A stretch of DNA of 64,000 bases from positions 40,481-104,480 of the forward strand of contig CBDBKL010000005.1 in assembly GCA_965206675.1 (NCBI GenBank), given 5' to 3'. The translations under genes were made by a program, and so were the position numbers. This document shows positions 36,246 to 44,174 of this stretch, piece by piece. The notes beneath the pieces were generated by a model. That model did not search any database, had not been told where the DNA came from, and worked only from the letters and a program-made list of their open reading frames with translations. The stretch is from Bdellovibrionales bacterium (GTDB taxonomy: Bacteria > Bdellovibrionota > Bdellovibrionia > Bdellovibrionales > JAKFYE01). Positions within the stretch are counted from its first letter, which is position 1. Each line of letters opens with the position of its first letter.

Positions 36246-36643
36246 CTTCCAAAATTTAAAATCATAAATTTCTTTTCTGTCTCATGAGGAAATCTCCAGT
36301 GGGACACTCTCCGTTTCAGACATTCATGGAACTCATCATCTTCTATTGAGAATCGTGTTTCAACAAATTTTATTCCTTTTGCTTTTCCTTCTTCAAGGGT
36401 ATCCCATTCCATTATAACGAGAAGTTGTTCTGGATATCCTGAATTACTATCATCATACAGAATGTAACGCTCGTAACAATATCGCAATTCACCAAGATTT
36501 GCTTTAATTATACGATTAATTTGTGGGTCATTCAAACGACTTGCAGGTGATCGTGAGTTTATAGAATTTTTCTGTGTCATCGAGCACGACAAAAAAAACG
36601 GCAAATATACGAAAAAATATATAACAAATCTAATTCTTGTCAC
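36218..36643 (-). CDS. Small lipoprotein carrying a stand-alone AgmX/PglI-type (TonB-C-like) domain
   Basis: The lipobox reads LPFFLSC. INRIIKANLGELRYCYERYIL ... FHECLKRRVSHWRFP aligns by eye with IDAVVQKNIGQIRFCYEQGLQ ... VENCILLRLRSWKFP of the 378-aa protein at 59009-60145. Confidence 0.6.
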   Translation of the reverse strand: MTRIRFVIYFFVYLPFFLSCSMTQKNSINSRSPASRLNDPQINRIIKANLGELRYCYERYILYDDSNSGYPEQLLVIMEWDTLEEGKAKGIKFVETRFSIEDDEFHECLKRRVSHWRFPHETEKKFMILNFGRSISPEGIE

Positions 36644-36846
36644 TGCTATTCCCCTTTTAACTTACCTATTCCCAATTATAGCTTAAAACGACTTAAGTAA
36701 AAGTAGAAAATAAAGGATTCAAGACTAGTTAAGGGGCTTTTGTTGCACCGTAGAAAATAATAAATTTAGAGATGGTATTTTTTGTAGTTGAATCTAAATT
36801 GCTTTCTATTTGAATAAACAATGGCGTGTTACTTTACATTAATAAA

Positions 36847-37598
36847 GGTTCATGACACTTTAAGTTGACTTTAAGAGGAGTTAACTTACTGTGATTATTG
36901 TGAAAAACAGGTATTATGTACGTTCAAGGATTTCAGAGGCTAAATTTAGGGAGATTATTAAGCTATTTGCCGGAGATTTAACAGCTGAGCAGATAGCTTT
37001 GTTTTCAGGTGTAAGCAGAAATTGTGTAAATAGAGTTTTAAAACAAGTAAGAATTAGGATAGCTGAGTTTTGTGAAGGTGAAAGTTTTTTTGATTCTGGG
37101 GAAATAGAACTAGATGAGAGTTATTTTGGAGCAAGAAGAGTTCGTGGCAGAAGAGGTAGAGGAGCCAGTGGTAAAACGATAGTCTTTGGTCTTAAGAAAA
37201 GAGACGGTAAGGTTTATACCCAAGTGATTAGAAATTGCTCTAGAAGTGAGATATTACCTCTTATAAGCACAAAGATAGCTAAAGACTCGGTTTTGTTTAC
37301 AGATGGTTTTAAAACGTATGATGGGCTTGTAGACATGGGTTATAAGAAACATTACAGAGTTCATCATGGAAACAATGAGTTTTCAAAGAAGCAAGGAAAT
37401 GTGAGAAACCATATTAACGGGATAGAGAACTTTTGGGGATTAGCTAAGGTAAGGCTATCTAAATTCCGCGGCATGAGTAAGAGTACTTTTTATTTGCATT
37501 TAAAAGAGTGTGAGTTTAGATTTAATTATAGAAAAGATAACTTGTATAGGTTGATGTTAAAATTAGTACGAAATAAACCGCTTAAAGTGTCATGAACC
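36847..37598 (+). mobile_element. IS1595-family insertion sequence (small IS1016-like size class), apparently intact
   Basis: The 18-bp terminal inverted repeats are GGTTCATGACACTTTAAG (36847-36864) and CTTAAAGTGTCATGAACC (37581-37598). They are flanked by a perfect 8-bp direct repeat, ttaataaa (36839-36846 and 37599-37606). The element is 752 bp and holds a single transposase ORF. Confidence 0.88.
36891..37595 (+). CDS. IS1595-family (ISXO2-like DDE) transposase
   Basis: An N-terminal HTH-like region is present. The DDE-type blocks are IELDESYFG, VLFTDGFKTYDG and NHINGIENFWGLAKVRL. The stop codon lies inside the right inverted repeat. Confidence 0.85.
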   Translation: MIIVKNRYYVRSRISEAKFREIIKLFAGDLTAEQIALFSGVSRNCVNRVLKQVRIRIAEFCEGESFFDSGEIELDESYFGARRVRGRRGRGASGKTIVFGLKKRDGKVYTQVIRNCSRSEILPLISTKIAKDSVLFTDGFKTYDGLVDMGYKKHYRVHHGNNEFSKKQGNVRNHINGIENFWGLAKVRLSKFRGMSKSTFYLHLKECEFRFNYRKDNLYRLMLKLVRNKPLKVS

Positions 37599-37725
37599 TT
37601 AATAAAAAAGAGATAATTATTTTTGAGGTTAATGGCCCATACTTCTTTGCTTTTGAATGATCTTTTCTTATACGATGGGGTGGGTATTTAGGTTTAGGGC
37701 AAAACCTTGTCAGGAGGGTATTTCT

Positions 37726-38431
37726 ATGACGTTTATAAAGAATATATTTCCAGTGTTACTTGTCATGTTGTTTAGTTTTTCTGGATCGCTTTATGCTTTT
37801 AGTGAGAGAGAAAATGCTTGGTTTGACGCAGTCATAAGTAGTGATGCTCAGAAATTAGAAGAACTTATAGAAGATGGAGTAGATTTAGAGGCAAGAGACA
37901 ACGAAGAAAGAACGGCATTAGCTTTGGCTATAAGTGCAAGGAGGGGCCCTGAAATTGTAGGATTACTTTTGGAAGCTGGAGTTAAGGTGGAGACGAGAGA
38001 TACTTATGGATGGACACCTTTAATTGCGGCTGCATTAACAGAACGTCCTGAAACTATTAAGAATACTTTTGGATGCTGGAGCTGATATAAGAGCAAGAGC
38101 CGATGGTGGACAAACGGTTTTGCATATGGCTGTGCGTAGAGCAGACCCTGACATTACGAGAACCTTTTTGGAGGCAGGGGGAGATGTTATTGTAAATGCA
38201 AGAGATGATGATGCAATGGCAGCTTTACATTGGGCTACATTAGCGGCAAGATCTGAAGCTATAATAATGCTTTTGGAAGCTGGAGCTGATATCACTCTAA
38301 AAGATGATAAAAAAAGAACAGCCTTAAGCATAGCACATAGATTAGGCCACATTGCAACCCTAGATGTATTAGAGAGATGGAGCCCTCCACCCTGGTACAT
38401 GAGTGTTCTTGGCTTAAATCCAAGAAGGTAA
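37726..38431 (+). pseudogene. Secreted ankyrin-repeat protein, disrupted by a single-nucleotide frameshift
   Basis: AGGAGG precedes the ATG at 37726, and the signal peptide is MTFIKNIFPVLLVMLFSFSGSLYAFS. The ANK repeats continue across two track ORFs (37657-38085 and 38069-38431). Removing one base in attaagaatactttt near 38060-38064 restores ...PETIKILLDAGADIRARADGGQTVLH. Confidence 0.75.
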
Positions 38432-38517
38432 TAAGTACGGTAGGGTAAAAACCTTAAGGGAAGCTATGTTGCCAACCTGCTTTTTCTGTTTGGGGTAAAT
38501 AGCTATTTTAAGGTACC

Positions 38518-39786
38518 TTGTCTTTTATGACCTTTTTATTCTTTAAGCATTATGTGCTCTCACGCCAAGCGGGCTCTCTTATCCGTACTATAGCATGGAC
38601 AAGTTTTTTAGGCGTGTTTATCAGCGTGATGGCTATGGTTGTTGTATTGAGTATCATGACAGGATTTGCCGAAGCTATTCGTCATCGTATTATCTCTGTA
38701 GAACCCCATATTGTTATATCTCCTGATGAAAGGGGAACAGAGGGTTTAGAACAAAGAATTAAAGAGTTAGATAAAAATGTCAGTGTCTTCGAATATGAAG
38801 TTCAAGATGTTATCGTCAGAACTCTTGATGGTCTCTATAAAGGGGCCGTTGCTATGGGTATGAAAAAAGAAGCCTTTCAAGAAATGATGGGTAGTATATC
38901 TTCATTAGAAGTTCAACAACATGATGCCTCTTCTGAATCTCTCAGTATGTTATTTGGAAAAGTTATAAAATCAGACTCCGAGTTTTTAAATTTAAACTCA
39001 AAGGATGTGGTTATGGGATCTGATTTGGCCTACAACTTGATGGTTGTTCCTGGAGATGAAATGACCATTATACCTCCTGAAACTTTACTTTTACCTCCGG
39101 GGGAAGTTCCTTTGTATGAAAAAGTGCGAGTGAAAAATGTGATTCGTACAAATGTTCCTAGTGTGGATAAATACAGATTGTATTATGCCTTTGGTAAAAC
39201 ACTAACACACTTTAAAGATGCTATGAGCTTGCAAAAAAAAATAGAAGTGCGCATGGGAAACCCGGAATTTCCAGAATCAATTGCTGGAACTTTAAAACAA
39301 GAGGGCTACTCTGTTGAAACATGGAAAGAGAGAAACTCGTCTTTACTCTATTCCCTAAAAATGGAAAAAATATTGATGACATTGTTTTTAATGTCCACCT
39401 TATTAATAGGATGTTTTTCCATTGTGACAGTGTTAGCTCTTTTGGGTGCTCAAAAACGTAGAGACCTGGGACTACTTATGGCATTGGGATTAAAGCGATC
39501 ACATGTTAAACGTTTGTTTACGCAATTGGGATTGTTATTGACAGGGTTTGGAATATTTTTGGGACTGTTCGGAGGACTTGCTGTCTGCTGGTGGCTGGAA
39601 ACTTTTAAAATTTTTAAACTTCCTGATATTTATCAAGATACATCTTTACCTGTTCAAATAGATTATATCAGTGTGTCTGTACTTCTTTTTGTAACTATGG
39701 TTGTTTCGTATATTGCCTCATGGATTCCTGCTCAATTCAATTCACAACTCACGCCTATTGAAGCTCTACGCTCTCTATCTAAGTAA
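38518..39786 (+). CDS. LolC/LolE-like (FtsX/MacB-type) ABC transporter permease
   Basis: The N-terminal TM (IAWTSFLGVFISVMAMVVVLSIMTGF) is followed by a large periplasmic domain, then three C-terminal TMs of FtsX type (LMALGLKRSHVKRLF). The start is either TTG 38518 or ATG 38527. No ATPase gene is adjacent. Confidence 0.7.
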   Translation: MSFMTFLFFKHYVLSRQAGSLIRTIAWTSFLGVFISVMAMVVVLSIMTGFAEAIRHRIISVEPHIVISPDERGTEGLEQRIKELDKNVSVFEYEVQDVIVRTLDGLYKGAVAMGMKKEAFQEMMGSISSLEVQQHDASSESLSMLFGKVIKSDSEFLNLNSKDVVMGSDLAYNLMVVPGDEMTIIPPETLLLPPGEVPLYEKVRVKNVIRTNVPSVDKYRLYYAFGKTLTHFKDAMSLQKKIEVRMGNPEFPESIAGTLKQEGYSVETWKERNSSLLYSLKMEKILMTLFLMSTLLIGCFSIVTVLALLGAQKRRDLGLLMALGLKRSHVKRLFTQLGLLLTGFGIFLGLFGGLAVCWWLETFKIFKLPDIYQDTSLPVQIDYISVSVLLFVTMVVSYIASWIPAQFNSQLTPIEALRSLSK

Positions 39787-39946
39787 GGGCTACAGATCTA
39801 AAGCCAAAACCTAGATTTTAAGAAAAATAGAAATATTTCATATATCAGTGCTTAAATAATAGACATATTTAAAGAAGTATGGGGTACAATGGAGGAGGAA
39901 TTTATCTTGTGCGTGTGGCACGGAAAGTGCTTCATTTGGGGGCAAG

Positions 39947-41137
39947 ATGCATATTCGAGGCTTTTTATTCATAATGAGCGTTTTTTTTCACTGTATTTAC
40001 AGTGTGGCTAACCCCTGCCGGCCTTACAGTGAAGAGAAAAAGCCTTTTGCCAGCACTTATGAAGAAATTCTTGAGGCGGCCACTCCGTTACCTAAAAATC
40101 TTGGTGATCTTGAAGGGCATGTGAACACTTTGGTTTTAAAAGATTTTGTAGAGAGAGGGGAAATTACAGCCTCGTTTCCTCCGCGTTATTTTAAAAACGA
40201 AAGTGTTGATCAGCATCTTCAGGGAGGGGTTTATGTACCTCTATATGAATTCGATTTAAAGACCGTAGAGATGGAACATGTGTCTACAGTGATCCCCACA
40301 GATCCGCTCTCTTCGGGGGCTCAATCATTGTTAGTTTATGCAAAGGGAAAGGATGGTCAGGTCTATCTTTTAAAAAGAAATTTTGATCGAGAGGCACATT
40401 TAAAGGAGTTAAGGAATGCGACTCTATTAGTGGGAATGGGTCTTATGCCTATAGGTACTGGTCGTACTATTGTAAATGGAAAAACATATCTTGCCGTTCC
40501 CTTAGTGAGTGGTCGAGTTGTTGTTAATACGTTTGAAGATGTCATTAAGAATTTAAGTATAGATTCTGTGAGAGATTTAGAAATGATTCTGGATCGGCTT
40601 TTTAACTCTTATATGAGAAATCCTGAAGCTATTAATGAAATGGATCTTATTGTCACGGAACAAGGAAGTTTGCTTTTGATCGATGCCGGTTATTTAGAAC
40701 TGAGTCCAAAAACACATGTTGGTATTAATACGCTCAATGCTTCTGATGCTTCCTATGCTGCTTTTACTGAAAAACGTTTTGAGGTGTTGATGAGTATGGA
40801 TCCCACGCCTGTAATGATATGGGATGGACCTTTATCTTTTCGGAGTTCAGGAGTTGTTCATACAGTAGGTCAGGGGAGAGGTTTTCATAATCCAGGGCTT
40901 TTTTACCTTGAACATATTTTGAAACCTCCACCTTTTTCTCGAAGTATGGACGAAGGTGTGATGGCAACGCCAAAGGCTGAGAAGAATTCTCGTTTGGGAG
41001 CCTGGCATGGTTTGGTTCGTAAAATTTATCATGCAGAAGGAAATTCGCCTATGCTCCAGTCTTTAAAAAAATATGCTGAAGAAAACATTGAAGAAGCCAA
41101 TCCCTTTTTTGAAAAAGGTTATCTACAGAGTGATTAA
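39947..41137 (+). CDS. Secreted hypothetical protein, weak protein-kinase-like motif pattern
   Basis: An N-terminal hydrophobic leader is present. QVYLLKR, HLKELRNA and MDLIVTEQGSLLLIDAGY are spaced loosely like kinase subdomains II, III and VIb-VII. This is speculative. Confidence 0.45.
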   Translation: MHIRGFLFIMSVFFHCIYSVANPCRPYSEEKKPFASTYEEILEAATPLPKNLGDLEGHVNTLVLKDFVERGEITASFPPRYFKNESVDQHLQGGVYVPLYEFDLKTVEMEHVSTVIPTDPLSSGAQSLLVYAKGKDGQVYLLKRNFDREAHLKELRNATLLVGMGLMPIGTGRTIVNGKTYLAVPLVSGRVVVNTFEDVIKNLSIDSVRDLEMILDRLFNSYMRNPEAINEMDLIVTEQGSLLLIDAGYLELSPKTHVGINTLNASDASYAAFTEKRFEVLMSMDPTPVMIWDGPLSFRSSGVVHTVGQGRGFHNPGLFYLEHILKPPPFSRSMDEGVMATPKAEKNSRLGAWHGLVRKIYHAEGNSPMLQSLKKYAEENIEEANPFFEKGYLQSD

Positions 41138-41292
41138 TCAGTCTTCTTTTAATAAAGAAAATATAAATATTTTAGATCGTATGGATAAACAATTTCTTTA
41201 GATACAGAAAGATCAGTAAAGATCAAAAAGTAGGTAGAGTGAGGTTTTTCATACTCTTCTGATGCGCTCAGATTGTAAGTGGTTAGTGTCTA

Positions 41293-42096
41293 TTAAACTG
41301 TAACGTTATAATCTCTTAGCACCTGTCTCAGTGATGTTTTTGTGTCTGTACTCTCTGAACGTTGCCCTATGATAAGAGCGCAGGGCACACCATAATCCCC
41401 GGCAGGAAAGTTTTTAGCTCTTGTTCCAGGAATAACGACACTGTTCTTAGGCACTCGTCCACGGTATGTTTTTTCTTTAGGTTCACTGACATCAATAATT
41501 TTAGTGCTGGCTGTGATTGTCACTCCAGCTCCTAACACAGCACCCTCTTCAATCAGTGCACCCTCTACGATAATACATCGGCTACCTACAAAAACATTAT
41601 CTTCTATAATAACAGGGTTGGCCTGTACAGGCTCTAGTACTCCTCCCAAACCCACACCTCCTGAAAGGTGTACGTTTTTTCCCACCTGTGCACAGGACCC
41701 AACGGTGGCCCAAGTGTCAACTAAAGTGCCTGAGCCTACATAAGCTCCAATGTTTACGTAACAAGGCATTAAGACAGCTCCTTTTTCTATACCTGAGCCT
41801 TTACGAGCGACAGCATGAGGAACCACTCGAACCCCTTCTTGCCCAGTCCATTTTTTCACAGGAATTTTATCTACAAAGCTCAAAGCTCCAGAATCTGTAG
41901 GGACCATTTTCTTCAATTGAAAATAAAGTAAAATAGCTTCCTTTACCCAATGATGTGTTTGCCATTTGCCTTGCTCATCTTTTGAACACACTCGAAGCTG
42001 ACAAGAATCTAAACCCTCTATAACTTCTTCAACACTTTTTTCAGCCTCTGCTGCGTCTATATCACCAGTATAGGCTTTGTGAATAATTTCTTGCAT
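41293..42096 (-). CDS. dapD: 2,3,4,5-tetrahydropyridine-2,6-dicarboxylate N-succinyltransferase
   Basis: GAGAGG precedes the ATG. The protein has a DapD-type N-domain and a left-handed beta-helix of hexapeptide repeats (GAYVGSGTLVDTWATVGSCAQVGKNVHLSGGVGLGGVLEP). Confidence 0.88.
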   Translation of the reverse strand: MQEIIHKAYTGDIDAAEAEKSVEEVIEGLDSCQLRVCSKDEQGKWQTHHWVKEAILLYFQLKKMVPTDSGALSFVDKIPVKKWTGQEGVRVVPHAVARKGSGIEKGAVLMPCYVNIGAYVGSGTLVDTWATVGSCAQVGKNVHLSGGVGLGGVLEPVQANPVIIEDNVFVGSRCIIVEGALIEEGAVLGAGVTITASTKIIDVSEPKEKTYRGRVPKNSVVIPGTRAKNFPAGDYGVPCALIIGQRSESTDTKTSLRQVLRDYNVTV

Positions 42097-42234
42097 TGTT
42101 TACCTCTCTGTCCCTATTGAAAGTTTCTTCCCTAAGACCTTTTCCTCTTCTGTTTTATTAAAAATATATTTCATAGAAGTTAAGTCTTTTTTCTATGATC
42201 TTTTGTTCCTTTTTGTGTTTACTTCTTTGCTATT

Positions 42235-42891
42235 TTATCTTTCCTTTTCTGTTATCTTCAGAGCTTCATATATAGCAGGGGTATGAGTTTTCAAAACACT
42301 TTTGGGATCAAGGCCTCGTTCGATTTCGTATGTTAAAGTAGGGATATTTCTTTCTAAGCCACAATACGTTCCTAAAGAGCCCGGTGTGGGATAGCCAATA
42401 AAATCGTTAATTTCATATTTGGTCAATTTTTGAATGGCTTTTGCCTCCGAAAGACAGTCACCGTTGATATTGAGCATGGGTTTCCATGAGTGTAAGCTAA
42501 AAAGCATATCAGGAGGGTTTTTAGTTAGGAATTCAACCAGAGCCTTATTTTCAGGCTCGCTGCAAGGTTCAGAGCCCGGCGCATATCTTTCTTTATGAGC
42601 TTTGGATGTCCAATCTTTTGTGGGAAGATTGCGGTTCAGATCCACCCCCCTGGCATTGACTCGTGATTGATTTAAAATGCCGTCAATATTAAACAGGGGA
42701 ACGATTGTCAGCTTTAATTTATAGGGAAAATCTGTTGAGAACTTTTTAAGAAGCCCTTGAGCTAAAACCACACCTTCGGGTTCATCACCGTGAACTCCCC
42801 CTAAAATGAGAACTTCGGGTCCACTTTTTCCAAATTGAAATGCTGTTATGGGAAGCCCATTTGCGGATTCTCCAAATACAGTGCTTTTCAC
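42235..42891 (-). CDS. Cytoplasmic M14-family zinc peptidase, MpaA-like (murein peptide amidase type)
   Basis: There is no signal peptide. The zinc and substrate motifs are in M14 order: GGVHGDEPEG, NARGVDLNRN, GSEPCSEPE, SLHS, TYEIE. The small size (218 aa) resembles MpaA. The start is GTG. Confidence 0.65.
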   Translation of the reverse strand: MKSTVFGESANGLPITAFQFGKSGPEVLILGGVHGDEPEGVVLAQGLLKKFSTDFPYKLKLTIVPLFNIDGILNQSRVNARGVDLNRNLPTKDWTSKAHKERYAPGSEPCSEPENKALVEFLTKNPPDMLFSLHSWKPMLNINGDCLSEAKAIQKLTKYEINDFIGYPTPGSLGTYCGLERNIPTLTYEIERGLDPKSVLKTHTPAIYEALKITEKER

Positions 42892-42938
42892 GTGATGCTC
42901 CCTTGTGTATGATGACCTTCATTATGGATCGTCAAGGC

Positions 42939-44156
42939 ATGAAAACTCAAACGAAGATTGTGGTCAAGAAATTCGGGGGAACTTCTGTCGGTTCTGTTGA
43001 AAAAATTGAAAACGTTGCTTCTCGTATTCTAGAAGATATAGCCCATGGACAAAAACCCATAATTGTCGCATCAGCTATGGCAGGGGAAACAAATCGGTTA
43101 GTGGATTTAGCGCGTAAGATGAACGGAAAGTATCATGGGCCAGCTTATGATATGCTTTTGGCCTCAGGGGAACAGGTATCAGTGGCTCTTTTAGTCATGG
43201 CTTTTGCAAAGAGGGGACAAAAAGCCAAAGCTTTTTTAGCTCATCAATTGGGAATTTATACAGACTCTGTTGTCTCACAGGCGCGTATTCAGAGTATTAA
43301 TATTGAACCTTTAAAGTCATGTCTTGATGAGGGAGTGATTCCGGTTATTGCTGGGTTTCAAGGGGTGGATAAGAATCGCAATATAACAACTTTAGGGCGT
43401 GGAGGAACAGATACCTCTGCTGTGGCCATAGCTGTGGCTATGAAATTAGATGAATGTGAAATCTATACAGATGTGGCATCTGTTTTTTCAGCCGATCCCA
43501 ATTTGGTTGGTCAGGCCAAAGAAATTGAAACCTTATCTTATCAAGAAATGATGGAAATGGCCTCTGTAGGATCTAAGGTTTTACATATTAGAAGTGTAGA
43601 GTTAGGGGCTAAATATGGGGTAAAAATACATGTGCGCTCTTCTTTTGAAAAAAGAAAGGGCACGTGGATTATACCGGAAGGAGAGGATATGGAAAAACCA
43701 GTGGTTTCGGCCGTAACTCATGAAGCGGATATTGCTGTTATTAAGTTGTTTCCTATGGAAAGAGGATCGGAAAGTTTAGCTTATCTTTTTGAACAACTTT
43801 CTGAAAAGGGAATTGTAGTGGATGTGATTACACAAAGTTATAATGAAGAGGGGCAGCGTTTGGCCTTTTCTCTTTCAAAAGATGATGTGTATATGGCCAC
43901 AGAAATTATTCAGAAAATTTTTCCGAGTACGACTATCAAGGTTTTAGATGGTGTTTCTAAGGTGAGCATTGTGGGAGTGGGGATGAAAAATCATCCTGGT
44001 GTTGCGGCAAAGTTTTTTCGCACACTTTCAGATAAAAAGATAGATGTGGAAATTGTAACAACTTCTGAGATTAAGGTGAGTGCGATTATAAATCACGAGC
44101 AATTGTCGACAGCGGCACAGGCTCTTCATACAGAATTTGGATTAGATGCTTCTTAA
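42939..44156 (+). CDS. lysC: Aspartate kinase
   Basis: VKKFGGTSVGS, TTLGRGGTDTSAVAIA, and two C-terminal ACT domains. ATG 42939 is preferred over the long track ORF. Confidence 0.92.
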   Translation: MKTQTKIVVKKFGGTSVGSVEKIENVASRILEDIAHGQKPIIVASAMAGETNRLVDLARKMNGKYHGPAYDMLLASGEQVSVALLVMAFAKRGQKAKAFLAHQLGIYTDSVVSQARIQSINIEPLKSCLDEGVIPVIAGFQGVDKNRNITTLGRGGTDTSAVAIAVAMKLDECEIYTDVASVFSADPNLVGQAKEIETLSYQEMMEMASVGSKVLHIRSVELGAKYGVKIHVRSSFEKRKGTWIIPEGEDMEKPVVSAVTHEADIAVIKLFPMERGSESLAYLFEQLSEKGIVVDVITQSYNEEGQRLAFSLSKDDVYMATEIIQKIFPSTTIKVLDGVSKVSIVGVGMKNHPGVAAKFFRTLSDKKIDVEIVTTSEIKVSAIINHEQLSTAAQALHTEFGLDAS

Positions 44157-44174
44157 TTTAAGAGGGTACAAAGA

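Noticed and set aside
38035-38400. 121-aa minus-strand ORF antisense to the ankyrin pseudogene. Similar antisense ORFs occur at 2119-2367, 3806-4018, 8997-9299, 10486-10850, 17806-18108, 26574-28238, 29464-32538, 40363-41032, 41504-41900, 46802-48174, 50978-52592 and 61299-61735.
   Set aside because: All lie fully inside strongly supported genes on the opposite strand or in another frame. They show low-complexity or repeat-mirroring composition and lack start context. The ones at 61299-61735 merely mirror the acidic tandem repeats.
39162-39170. Perfect DnaA-box nonamer TGTGGATAA (complement TTATCCACA)
   Set aside because: It is a single isolated occurrence inside the lolC/E-like coding sequence. 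There is no cluster, no AT-rich unwinding element and no dnaA/dnaN context, so it is not an origin.
38518-39786. Absence of a LolD-type ATPase next to the LolC/E-like permease, seen as a possible anomaly
   Set aside because: FtsX/MacB-type permease genes are sometimes separated from their ATPase genes. Without the rest of the genome, this is not evidence of anything unusual.
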